64,000 nucleotides of DNA from Myxococcales bacterium (GTDB lineage: Bacteria; Myxococcota_A; Polyangia; Polyangiales; Houyiibacteriaceae): positions 27,357 through 91,356 of the forward strand of contig JAHEEE010000006.1 in NCBI GenBank assembly GCA_024640845.1, in the 5' to 3' direction. Positions 10,767-22,140 of the stretch are shown one piece after another. Under the pieces are notes generated by a model. That model did no database searches. It was not told the origin of the DNA and was given only the letters and a program-made list of their open reading frames with translations. A program made the translations under genes and the position numbers. Within the stretch, counting starts at the first letter, position 1. Each line of letters starts with the position of its first letter.

Positions 10767-10803
10767 CAAGCCGATTGACGCCTGTGGCGCCATCTGCGAT
10801 GCC

Positions 10804-11616
10804 GTGACCATGTTGCAAGTTGCGATACATGGGGCCGGAGGTCGCATGGGCCAGAGCATCGCGTCTGTGCTGAACGACGACGTCGAGGGCAACCTCGTTG
10901 CTGCGATGGATCGCGAGGACAGCAATCTCGTCGGCCAGGATATGGGTGTGCTCATCGGCCGGGCGCCAACCGGCGTGAAGGTGACTTCCGATGTCGAGCA
11001 GTTTCTCAGCAACGTGGAGGTGGTCATCGATTTCAGCATCGCCTCAGCCACGGCGAAGCTCCTTCCGATCTGCGCGGGCCAACACATCCCGATGGTGATC
11101 GGGACGACCGGGCTCGACCGGGAGACACGCGCCGCCCTCGAGCGCGCGGCCGAGCGGGTACCCATCGTGTTCGCGCCGAACTACAGCCAAGGCGTCAACG
11201 CACTTTACTTCCTCGCGGCTCGCGCAACGGAACTTCTCGGCCCTGCATTCGACGCCGAGATCATCGAGATTCACCACAAGCGTAAAGTGGATTCGCCGAG
11301 CGGTACCGCCGTCCGTCTCGCTGAGGTCGTCGCCGCCGCCAAGGGCCTCGATCCGGTTCGCGCCGTCACACACGGCAGAAGTGGTCATGTCGGCGCGCGT
11401 CCCCTCGAGGAGGTGGGCGTCATGGCCCTGCGCGGAGGCGATGTCGTGGGCGAGCACACGCTTTACCTGGTTGGCGACGGAGAGCGGATCGAGCTCACGC
11501 ACCGAGCCACCGATCGCTCGATCTTCGCGCGGGGCGCCGTCCGCGCCGCCCATTGGATAGTCGGGCGGCCTGCCGGTCTCTACGACATGGCCGACGTCAT
11601 GGGCATCCCGCGCTAG
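10804..11616 (+). CDS. dapB: 4-hydroxy-tetrahydrodipicolinate reductase
   Basis: GAGGRMG, IGTTG, EIHHKRKVDSPSGTA and RGGDVVGEH. Confidence 0.96.
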   Translation: MTMLQVAIHGAGGRMGQSIASVLNDDVEGNLVAAMDREDSNLVGQDMGVLIGRAPTGVKVTSDVEQFLSNVEVVIDFSIASATAKLLPICAGQHIPMVIGTTGLDRETRAALERAAERVPIVFAPNYSQGVNALYFLAARATELLGPAFDAEIIEIHHKRKVDSPSGTAVRLAEVVAAAKGLDPVRAVTHGRSGHVGARPLEEVGVMALRGGDVVGEHTLYLVGDGERIELTHRATDRSIFARGAVRAAHWIVGRPAGLYDMADVMGIPR

Positions 11617-11661
11617 CAAACCGTGCGGGGAACCCGAATTCTGGTACGGTAGGAGCGCGTC

Positions 11662-12249
11662 ATGGATTGTCCGCAATGTGGAGCCGGGGTGCCCTCCGAT
11701 GATTTGTTCTGCGGTAAGTGCGGGTACGCCATGCGCGACGGCGGCCCTGAGCGTGTCGACCAGTCTCGAATTCGAATGCACGAGGAGCCCGACCCGGCTA
11801 CACAAGCGCCGAAGAATCAAGGTTCCTCGAAGCAGCGCATCCGTAAGCCCACAGTGATGGGTATGCCCGCAGCCACGCCTCCAATGGGCACCCGGACCCC
11901 CGCACCTTCGGAGACGCCGCCTCCGACGGAGATCTCGACGGCCCGTTCGCGAGCCGAAAAGAGAACGCCCCAGAAGACCATGCTCGGCATCCCACGACCC
12001 GATTTCCCGAGGCCTCCCGCGGAACCGGTTTCGAATGCGCCTGGGTCTCGCGTGTCCGCGACCGAAGCATCGGATGCCCCCCAGCCGGAGTCCCCGAGCC
12101 GCCGCGCTCGCGCTCGGGTGCGCTACGACAGCGCCAACGAGCCGTTCTCCGTCCTCGAGCGGAGGAAGAAAGCGCTTCGCGCGCTCGCACTGCTCGTCGT
12201 CCTTGCGGGGGCATGGCTCGCCTACCGTTATCTCTCGTTGAATGGCTGA
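11662..12249 (+). CDS. Zinc-ribbon protein with Pro-rich linker and C-terminal TM anchor
   Basis: CPQCG...FCGKCG at the N-terminus; hydrophobic C-terminus; AGGAG RBS; overlaps the kinase start. Confidence 0.75.
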   Translation: MDCPQCGAGVPSDDLFCGKCGYAMRDGGPERVDQSRIRMHEEPDPATQAPKNQGSSKQRIRKPTVMGMPAATPPMGTRTPAPSETPPPTEISTARSRAEKRTPQKTMLGIPRPDFPRPPAEPVSNAPGSRVSATEASDAPQPESPSRRARARVRYDSANEPFSVLERRKKALRALALLVVLAGAWLAYRYLSLNG

Positions 12250-14149
12250 CACCGCCCCAGGCCCCACGCGGTGCGCCGCTTGCGGAGAACCAAACCCGCC
12301 CGATGCAAAGTTCTGCGGCAAGTGCGGGCAGAGCCTCGGGCATTCACTTCCCCAACCAGGCGACATCATCGCTGGCCGTTATCGTGTCGTGGAGCGGATA
12401 GGCGAGGGTGCAATGGGCACTGTCTACCGAGCGGAGCACGTGCAGATCAGCAAGGTGATGGCGATCAAGCTGTTGCACCAAGAGGTCGAGCAAAACCCCC
12501 AGAACGTTGCGCGTTTCCATCGCGAAGCAGAGGCTGCATCGCGACTCAATCATCCAAACACCGTGCACGTGTTCGATTTCGGTCGCACCCAATCGGGCTC
12601 GCTCTATCTTGTGATGGAGTACGTCGACGGCGACGACCTCGGCAAAGTCATCGGCAATGAGGGGGCGATGCCCTTCGGGCGCGTCGCCTACTTGTGTGCA
12701 CAGGTCGCGGGCTCTGTCGCCGACGCCCATGCCGCCGGGGTGATTCATCGCGATCTCAAGCCCGAAAACATCGTCATCGCAGAGGGGCGCGACGGCGAGC
12801 GTCCCAAGGTGCTCGATTTCGGTTTGGCCAAGCTTTTCGAGGGCAACATCGAGGCGCAGGTCACGAGCAGCGGTACCATCGTTGGCACGCCTTACTACAT
12901 GTCACCTGAGCAAATCCAGGGGCACGAGCTCGACGGGCGTAGCGACGTCTATGCGATGGGCGCCATCATGTACGAGTGCGTCGTCGGTAAACCGCCTTTC
13001 GAGGCGCCGAATCCGGTCGGCGTCCTGTCCAGGCATCTCTCAGAGGAGCCCGTGCGTCCGTCTCAGCGCTCTCCTTTGTCGGTACCCGCCGAGGCGGACG
13101 AGATCATCATGCGTTGCCTCGAGAAGGATCCGAACGACCGCTACCAGACGGCCGAAGAGCTGCGGCAAGCGCTGATCCAATATCTCACCTCGGTCGGCTC
13201 CGGGGACTGGCGTCTCAGCACTGTCGCGAGCGTTTCGGGCAAGAGCGGCGCCCGCCGTGTGGGTGAGCTCGATTCGATGTTCACGCGCAAGCGCCGGCCC
13301 TGGTTATGGGCGCTGCTTCTGGTGTCGGCAGCGGGAGGTGTAGGCGCGTGGCAGATTGCGACGCGCGGTCCATCCGAGCGGGAACCTAATCACCTCCCTA
13401 AAGACGCGACCCGACTCGCCGAGGACACGGAGATGGAGGCGTATCTCGGGCAGCGGCTCAGCGAGGATTCGGGCGATGTCGATCTGTTCGAGATCGAGGT
13501 CGTCGGGTCGGAGCGCCGCGCCGCAGCGCTCGGTGTGAGCTCGATCCCCAACATGGACGTGGTCGTGGAGCTCTTGAAGCCCGGTACCGACCAGTCGCTG
13601 ATCACGGCTGATTCCCGAGGCCTCGGAGAGGGCGAGCGTCTGCCGAACATCCCGCTAGAGCCCGGGAAGCACCTGATCCGAGTCCGCGAGCGTCGCGCCG
13701 AAGGGGAGCTTCCGACCGAGAACGTGTCGGACGAGTACTACGTGCGATGGGAAATGCTGCCCGACAACCCCTCGTTCGAGCGCGAGCTCAACGATTCTCT
13801 GGAGCTTGCCGAACCGCTCGACCTCGGAGCAGAGCGCCGCGCATGGATTGGCTGGCCGGGAGATGTCGATACCTTCTGTCTCGCGGAGGACGCCGAAAGT
13901 GTCATCGCCCAGGTGAGCGCGCTTGCCGAGGTCGACCTGGTACTTCGCGTGGTCGACCGACGTACCGAACGGAGCGCAAAAGTCGATGACCAGGGGGCGG
14001 GTCGCGGGGAGACGAGCAAGCCGTGGAAGAGTGCGGAAGCCGGAAAGCTCTGCATCGAGATTTCCGCGGATCCGCTGGACGCCGACAGCCGCGCTGCGCA
14101 GCCCGATGAGACCTACGGCGTCCGTTTCATCGCGGTCCCTGGACGCTAG
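12242..14149 (+). CDS. Membrane Ser/Thr protein kinase with N-terminal zinc ribbon and extracytoplasmic beta domains
   Basis: CAACG..FCGKCG; GEGAMG, AIK, HRDLKPEN, DFG, GTPYYMSPE; a TM helix; two E.E.N / GDVD repeats resembling PPC-like domains. Confidence 0.93.
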   Translation: MADTAPGPTRCAACGEPNPPDAKFCGKCGQSLGHSLPQPGDIIAGRYRVVERIGEGAMGTVYRAEHVQISKVMAIKLLHQEVEQNPQNVARFHREAEAASRLNHPNTVHVFDFGRTQSGSLYLVMEYVDGDDLGKVIGNEGAMPFGRVAYLCAQVAGSVADAHAAGVIHRDLKPENIVIAEGRDGERPKVLDFGLAKLFEGNIEAQVTSSGTIVGTPYYMSPEQIQGHELDGRSDVYAMGAIMYECVVGKPPFEAPNPVGVLSRHLSEEPVRPSQRSPLSVPAEADEIIMRCLEKDPNDRYQTAEELRQALIQYLTSVGSGDWRLSTVASVSGKSGARRVGELDSMFTRKRRPWLWALLLVSAAGGVGAWQIATRGPSEREPNHLPKDATRLAEDTEMEAYLGQRLSEDSGDVDLFEIEVVGSERRAAALGVSSIPNMDVVVELLKPGTDQSLITADSRGLGEGERLPNIPLEPGKHLIRVRERRAEGELPTENVSDEYYVRWEMLPDNPSFERELNDSLELAEPLDLGAERRAWIGWPGDVDTFCLAEDAESVIAQVSALAEVDLVLRVVDRRTERSAKVDDQGAGRGETSKPWKSAEAGKLCIEISADPLDADSRAAQPDETYGVRFIAVPGR

Positions 14150-16351
<2,202 letters not shown>

Positions 16352-16396
16352 CGGTCCTTCACCGGTCGACCGGGCGGCCGCCAAGAAGGTAGGGGC

Positions 16397-17947
16397 ATGG
16401 CACAGATCAAGCGGGCATTGGTATCGGTCTCGGACAAGACCGGCGTCGTCGAATTCGCCAAGGGTCTCTCGGAGGCGGGCGTCGAAATTCTCTCGACGGG
16501 CGGCACGGCAAAGGCGCTTCGCGAAGGCGGTGTGCCGGTGATCGACGTCTCGGAATACACCCAGTCGCCGGAGATCATGGACGGTCGCGTCAAGACGCTG
16601 CATCCGCGTGTCCATGGCGGCATCCTGATGAGGGACAACGACGAAGACCGCGACGCGCTCGCCGGCATTGGCGGCGCCCCGATCGATCTGGTTTGCGTGA
16701 ATCTCTATCCCTTCGAGCAGACGGTCGCCCGCGGCGCGTCGCACGAAGAGACGATCGAGAACATCGACATCGGCGGTCCATCCATGGTTCGAAGTGCGGC
16801 GAAGAATCAGGCGCGTGTGACCGTGGTCACCGAGCCCGCAGACTATGCCGAGGTGCTCGCCGTCGTGAAGAGCGGCGACGGACCAAACGCGTCGTTGCGC
16901 GCACGTCTGGCCGCCAAAGCGTTCGCGCAGACCGCCGCCTACGACGGCGCGATCGCAGCCTACCTCAGCTCCCAAGGCACCGAGTCGAAGTTTCCGGGAG
17001 CGCTCACGCTGAGCTTCACGAAGGCATACGACGTGCGGTACGGCGAAAACCCCCACCAGCAGGGCGCATTTTACATCGAGCGAAACGCGCCCGCAGGGAG
17101 CCTGGCGCTCGCCGAGTCACTTGGCGCCGGCGGCAAGGAGCTCTCATTCAACAATTTGGTCGATGTCGACGCGACCGTCGAAGCTGTGCGCGAGTTCCAA
17201 GGACCAGCGGCCGTCGTCGTCAAACACACCAATCCGTGCGGCGTTGCGACCGCGTCGACTCTCGAAGAAGCCTATCGCATCGCGAGGGAAGCCGACGCAC
17301 AGAGCGCGTTTGGAGGCATCGTCGCCCTGAACCAAGAAGTGGACGAGGCCACCGCAAGCGCGGTCGCGGAGACGTTCATCGAGTGCATCATCGCACCTGG
17401 CTTTGCGCCCGACGCGCTAGCGCGACTCCAAAAGAAGAAGAACCTCCGGATTCTAGCGACCGGCGCATGGCTCCCGGCGGACTACCCGGCGCTTCAGTAC
17501 AAGCGCGTCGGAGGCGGCATCGTCGTCCAAGATCGCGACGCTACCGGCCCGTCGGAAGTGCGTGCAGGTAAGTCTGTGGCCAAGCGCCAACCAACCGAAG
17601 ACGAGTGGAAGGCCCTCGACTTCGCTTGGCGCGTTTGCAAGCACGTGAAGTCGAACGCGATCATCTTCGCCAAGCCCGACCGTACCGTAGGCGTGGGTGC
17701 CGGACAGATGGCGCGGGTCACGGCAGTCGGTATCGCTGCGCAGAAGGCGGGGGAGCTCTCGAAGGGCGCGGTGATGGCTTCGGATGCCTTCTTCCCGTTC
17801 CCCGACGGAATCGAAGCCGCGGCCCGTGCAGGGGTTACCGCGGTCGTTCAACCGGGCGGATCCAAAGGGGATGAGGCCGTCATCGCAGCCGCGGACGCCG
17901 CGGACATGGCTATGGTCTTCACCGGCGTTCGCCACTTCCGGCATTGA
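16397..17947 (+). CDS. purH: Bifunctional AICAR transformylase/IMP cyclohydrolase
   Basis: RALVSVSDK, STGGT, GRVKTLHP, IDIGGP, RYGENPHQ, KHTNPCG, SDAFFPF and RHFRH. Confidence 0.97.
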   Translation: MAQIKRALVSVSDKTGVVEFAKGLSEAGVEILSTGGTAKALREGGVPVIDVSEYTQSPEIMDGRVKTLHPRVHGGILMRDNDEDRDALAGIGGAPIDLVCVNLYPFEQTVARGASHEETIENIDIGGPSMVRSAAKNQARVTVVTEPADYAEVLAVVKSGDGPNASLRARLAAKAFAQTAAYDGAIAAYLSSQGTESKFPGALTLSFTKAYDVRYGENPHQQGAFYIERNAPAGSLALAESLGAGGKELSFNNLVDVDATVEAVREFQGPAAVVVKHTNPCGVATASTLEEAYRIAREADAQSAFGGIVALNQEVDEATASAVAETFIECIIAPGFAPDALARLQKKKNLRILATGAWLPADYPALQYKRVGGGIVVQDRDATGPSEVRAGKSVAKRQPTEDEWKALDFAWRVCKHVKSNAIIFAKPDRTVGVGAGQMARVTAVGIAAQKAGELSKGAVMASDAFFPFPDGIEAAARAGVTAVVQPGGSKGDEAVIAAADAADMAMVFTGVRHFRH

Positions 17948-19218
17948 TGATGCGCGTGTTAATCGTGGGCGCCGGAGCGCGGGAGCACGCGCTCGCGTGG
18001 CGGCTCTCTCAGGACGACGGCGTCGATGTGATCGGTGCACCGGGCAACGCCGGCATTGCGGCCATCGGTCGGACGGCTTCCATCGATCCGACTGACGCCA
18101 ATCAAGTGGTGTCGCTCGCGAAGAAAGAGTCGGCGGATCTCGTCGTCGTCGGTCCCGAAGCTCCGCTCGTGGCCGGTGTGGTCGACGCGCTCCGCGAGCA
18201 CGGTATTGACGCCTTTGGCCCCGATCGAGAGGCGGCCCAACTCGAGGGCTCCAAGATTTTCTCGAAAGAGTTCATGGCGAGACACGACATCCCGACCGCG
18301 GGCTTTGCCGTCTTCGACGACCCGGATGCAGCGACCCGCTACATCGAAGAGGCTCAGCGGCCGCTCGTGGTCAAAGCCGACGGCCTCGCAGCCGGGAAGG
18401 GCGTCATCGTCGCCGCGAACGCCGCCGAAGCGATCGCAGGCGTCGACCGCATCATGCGAGAACGCGAATTCGGCGATGCGGGTGACCGTGTGTTGATCGA
18501 AGAGTGCCTCGTCGGTGAAGAGGTTAGCTACCATGTCGTCTCGGATGGCGAGCGCTTCATCCCTCTCGCCCCGGCGCAAGATCACAAGCGCGCCTTCGAC
18601 GGCGACCAAGGTCCCAACACCGGGGGTATGGGTGCATACTCCCCGCCTCCGGTCGTGACCGCCGAGGTAGAGCAGAAGATCATCGATCGAGTCATCGAGC
18701 CGACCCTTCGCGGCATGGCTGACGAAGGTCGGCCTTTTCGAGGTGCGCTGTTCGTCGGACTGATGATCGTCGACGGCGAACCAATGGTCCTCGAATACAA
18801 CACTCGCTTCGGTGACCCGGAGTGCCAGACTCTCATGACCCGCTGGAAGGGCTCGGTCATGCCCTTGATTCGCGGCTCGGCTCGAGGCGACTTCGGTGAC
18901 TTGAGCCTCGAGTGGGAGGCACCCGCGTCGCTCTGCGTCGTGCTTGCCTCCGGCGGCTACCCGGGTCGCTACGAGAAAGGCAAGCCGATCACCGGTCTCG
19001 AGGCGGCAGGCGCCCTTCCGCAGGTGACCGTCTTTCATGCGGGCACTGCGCTCGACGGCGACACGGTGGTCACCTCGGGAGGCCGGGTACTCTCCATCAC
19101 GGCGATCGGCGAGACGATCGACGAGGCCGCGGAGCGCGCTTACGCCGCGGTCGATGAGATCGACTTCGAAGGCAAGCAGCTTCGCCGAGACATTGGCTGG
19201 CGCGCCCGCACCCGCTGA
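17944..19218 (+). CDS. purD: Phosphoribosylamine-glycine ligase
   Basis: [46 protein letters not shown] and RFGDPE. Confidence 0.97.
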   Translation: MMMRVLIVGAGAREHALAWRLSQDDGVDVIGAPGNAGIAAIGRTASIDPTDANQVVSLAKKESADLVVVGPEAPLVAGVVDALREHGIDAFGPDREAAQLEGSKIFSKEFMARHDIPTAGFAVFDDPDAATRYIEEAQRPLVVKADGLAAGKGVIVAANAAEAIAGVDRIMREREFGDAGDRVLIEECLVGEEVSYHVVSDGERFIPLAPAQDHKRAFDGDQGPNTGGMGAYSPPPVVTAEVEQKIIDRVIEPTLRGMADEGRPFRGALFVGLMIVDGEPMVLEYNTRFGDPECQTLMTRWKGSVMPLIRGSARGDFGDLSLEWEAPASLCVVLASGGYPGRYEKGKPITGLEAAGALPQVTVFHAGTALDGDTVVTSGGRVLSITAIGETIDEAAERAYAAVDEIDFEGKQLRRDIGWRARTR

Positions 19219-19796
19219 TGGACGACCTCAGTGCGCTCCTGAAGGTGCTCGAGCAGGGTGGCGTGGTCGCCTGTCCGACCGAGACGTGCCTGGGTCTCCT
19301 TGCCGACGCCCACAACGAAGAGGCCATCGAAAAGGTGGCGGTGCTCAAGGGACGGCCGGCCGACATGCCAATCGCGCTTCTGCTCCCGAGCTTCGACGCT
19401 GCCGCCGAAGTCGCGTTACCGCCCTCCCGGGAGGCCGAAGCTCTGATGGCCGCACACTGGCCAGGTCCACTGACCGTCCTCCTGTGGGCCAAGCCGGGGT
19501 TGAGCCCCCGACTGGTCCGCGACGGAAAGGTTGGCGTCCGTGTGCCCGGTGCGAGCCCGGCGGCCGAGCTCACACGCGCGTTCGGCCATGCGCTCACCGC
19601 GACGAGCGCCAACCCGACGGGCCAGCCTCCAGTTCGAAGCGTCGCCGAGCTCCCCCGCGCGCTTGCTGATGGGATCGACGGATCGCACTCGGGCGTCTCG
19701 CCTGGGGGGCCTCCTTCGACCTTGATCGACGTCACCGTGACCCCGATGAGGATCCTTCGACCAGGCGCCATCGAGATCGACCCAACCGCTCTTTGA
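19218..19796 (+). CDS. tsaC: L-threonylcarbamoyladenylate synthase (YrdC/Sua5 family)
   Basis: PTET..GL, KGRP, WPGPLT, GVRVP, TSAN and PST.ID...ILRPG. Confidence 0.88.
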   Translation: MDDLSALLKVLEQGGVVACPTETCLGLLADAHNEEAIEKVAVLKGRPADMPIALLLPSFDAAAEVALPPSREAEALMAAHWPGPLTVLLWAKPGLSPRLVRDGKVGVRVPGASPAAELTRAFGHALTATSANPTGQPPVRSVAELPRALADGIDGSHSGVSPGGPPSTLIDVTVTPMRILRPGAIEIDPTAL

Positions 19797-19839
19797 CAGA
19801 GATGGGTCTACTGCGTCACTCTTGCGGCTGGGAGGACCG

Positions 19840-20103
19840 ATGGCGCTGATCGAAACCGAAGAAGCCGCCCGCCGCTTGGCGCGCGCGATCTCGAGCGACC
19901 TTGCTCTCTACAACGAGGACAAGATCGCCGAGGGTATTCGAAATGATAATCTTTTCGAAGTGATGGCTGAGGAAATTCAGGAGGGCCGAGATCTCTATCA
20001 GACCCGCGTCGCGCCAGAGTTGATGAACCGCAATCTCTACGACCGCGCGATCATCGACCTCTTGGTTCGCTCCAAGGCGCACGTCGAATCGCCGATCTGG
20101 TAG
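19840..20103 (+). CDS. Small helical hypothetical protein
   Basis: GGAGG RBS before ATG 19840; protein-like composition (ARRLARAISSDLALYN..KI.EG). Confidence 0.8.
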   Translation: MALIETEEAARRLARAISSDLALYNEDKIAEGIRNDNLFEVMAEEIQEGRDLYQTRVAPELMNRNLYDRAIIDLLVRSKAHVESPIW

Positions 20104-20116
20104 GGCCCTCGTAGTC

Positions 20117-20443
20117 GTGTTCTCGAGCCGCAGACGGCGGCTGGCCTTGGCCGGCTGCCTCGTCTTTGTCTTCCTGGGTTGTGGCGATTCCGGGGGAACC
20201 GCCGGAGGTTCGGGCGGCTTAGGCGGCGTCGGCGGTGGTACGGGCGGTCTCGGCGGGGCCGGGGGGGATTGCACCACAGCCGCGATCAACGCCTGCCTCG
20301 ACCTCCAGGACTGCTGCACTGCGATCCTCCTCAACCCGGTCTTCTTCCAGGCCTGCAACAGCATTGTGCTGCAGTGCAACGAGGCGCGCTGTAACGAGGT
20401 GCTTGCCGGGTACGTTCAGTGCCGCGACACGGAGGAACCCTAG
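20117..20443 (+). CDS. Gly-rich, Cys-rich lipoprotein
   Basis: Basic N-terminus, hydrophobic stretch, FLGC lipobox, Gly linker and an 8-Cys C-terminal domain. Confidence 0.75.
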   Translation: MFSSRRRRLALAGCLVFVFLGCGDSGGTAGGSGGLGGVGGGTGGLGGAGGDCTTAAINACLDLQDCCTAILLNPVFFQACNSIVLQCNEARCNEVLAGYVQCRDTEEP

Positions 20444-21393
20444 CCGTCGGCCGCATCACGCAGCGCCAGTAGCGCCTTGGCGAAGTCATCGGGTGGCTTG
20501 GTCTCGAAGCGCACCGGCTCGTCGGTGATCGGATGATCGAAGGCGAGAAGCGTCGCGTGAAGAGCCTGCCGCCCGAGCTCCTGCCCGACGCGGCGAAGCA
20601 CGGGATCGCCAATCGACTTCCCGTAGAGCGGATCGCCGAGCACAGGGTGTCCATGATCGGCGAGGTGAACGCGAATCTGGTGGGTGCGCCCGGTCTCGAG
20701 TCGGCAACGAACGAGCGCACTTCCATGCAAAAGCTCGACAGTCTCGAGGTGTGTGACCGCCCGTCTCCCGCGCTCACCCACCGAGCTGAACTTCTTCCGG
20801 TTCGACGGGTGGCGGCCGTGAAAGGTGTCGTAGGTGATCTTGCTCGGCGGTCTTCCCCGCACGATGGCTAGGTACGCCCTCTCCAGCCGGTGCGCTTGAA
20901 ACATCTCGACGAGCCGTTCGTGCGCTGCCGGGGTCTTGGCAACCACCATCACGCCGCTCGTGTCCTTGTCTAGGCGATGGACGATGCCAGGCCGCATCGG
21001 ATCACTCCCGCCACGGACCACGGCGTGGTGGAGGAGGGCATTCACCAAGGTCCCGTCGGGGTGCCCCGGGGCCGGGTGAACAACAAGGCCAGCCGGCTTG
21101 TCGAGCACTAGGAGGTGCTCGTCTTCGAAAAGCACATCGAGGGGAATCGCCTGTGGTTCGGCGCTCATCTCCTCGGGGGGCGCAGGCTGAATGCTGACCT
21201 CCGCGCCCGCCTGGGCTTTGGTCTTGCGCGACACGACCTCGCCCGCCTGCTCGACACGACCCTGCTCGATCCATCGCTGGAGCGCGCTCCGCGAGAACTG
21301 GGGGCACCTGAGCGCGAGTATCCGATCGATGCGCTTCCCTGCGTCGTCTTCGGACAGGGTCACCACTGTCGGCGAGAACGCCGAATCGCTCAT
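20440..21393 (-). CDS. rluD: RluA-family pseudouridine synthase (RluD-like, with S4 domain)
   Basis: N-terminal S4 (RID..SRS), KPAGLVVHP, GTLVNALL, HRLDKDTSG, LETGRTHQIRVH and RQALHA. Confidence 0.88.
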   Translation of the reverse strand: MSDSAFSPTVVTLSEDDAGKRIDRILALRCPQFSRSALQRWIEQGRVEQAGEVVSRKTKAQAGAEVSIQPAPPEEMSAEPQAIPLDVLFEDEHLLVLDKPAGLVVHPAPGHPDGTLVNALLHHAVVRGGSDPMRPGIVHRLDKDTSGVMVVAKTPAAHERLVEMFQAHRLERAYLAIVRGRPPSKITYDTFHGRHPSNRKKFSSVGERGRRAVTHLETVELLHGSALVRCRLETGRTHQIRVHLADHGHPVLGDPLYGKSIGDPVLRRVGQELGRQALHATLLAFDHPITDEPVRFETKPPDDFAKALLALRDAADG

Positions 21394-21396
21394 CGC

Positions 21397-22041
21397 CTAC
21401 TCGAGTCTCTTGATGAGCTGGTGCGCGTTGGTCTGCATATCGATGTTCTGGAACACGCAGATACCCAGCTCGGGATCGAGGGAGGCACAGTGCTCGGCGA
21501 CCTTGGCGACTGACGCCTCGTCATAGCGTGAGCGGTGCCCCGCGGGGCCGGGGAGCCGAAGGTAGACCATATCCGCCTCCGGCGGCGGGTCGTCGGTGAG
21601 GGGGTCGTAGGCCGCGATCGCCGGACGGTCGCCGCAAGCGGCGACGATGTCGCTCGGCTTCCACGCATCGAGGTCGAAGACGATGGGCGGCATCTCTGGA
21701 ATAAAACCTAGAAACGCTCGAAGAGCGGCACGGTTTGCCTTGCCATGCTTGAAGTTTTCGTCCGCGGCGAAGACCACCGCCTTCGCCTTCAAGTCGTCGG
21801 CCAGCTGGGCGACCTCTTCACACGTGGCCTTGTTCTCCTTGGTGCGCCGGAACCCGGACTCGCTCACCGACTTCGGTGCCACGACCGTGAATAGAAAGTC
21901 GTCCGGCGACTCCCGAATCCAGCGGCGGACCGTGCCTGCACCTGGAATGGCGATCTCTGTGTCCGAGATCTCCACCGCATCGAACTCCCGCCAATAACGG
22001 CTTACCGGCACGGGGAAACCGGAGCACGCAACCACAAACAT
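21397..22041 (-). CDS. DUF72-like protein (short, divergent)
   Basis: CSGF...Y..EFDAVEI, W..ESP.DF.F, YLRLPG...Y and C.FQN pattern. Start trimmed to ATG 22041. Confidence 0.7.
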   Translation of the reverse strand: MFVVACSGFPVPVSRYWREFDAVEISDTEIAIPGAGTVRRWIRESPDDFLFTVVAPKSVSESGFRRTKENKATCEEVAQLADDLKAKAVVFAADENFKHGKANRAALRAFLGFIPEMPPIVFDLDAWKPSDIVAACGDRPAIAAYDPLTDDPPPEADMVYLRLPGPAGHRSRYDEASVAKVAEHCASLDPELGICVFQNIDMQTNAHQLIKRLE

Positions 22042-22140
22042 CGCTGCGGAGTATACCGGTTTTGCCCGAGAAAGCCCGGGGTGACTCCCCGATTGGCGGT
22101 AATTCCAGCCCATCGCGTCCTCTCTGTTAGCATCGTAGCC

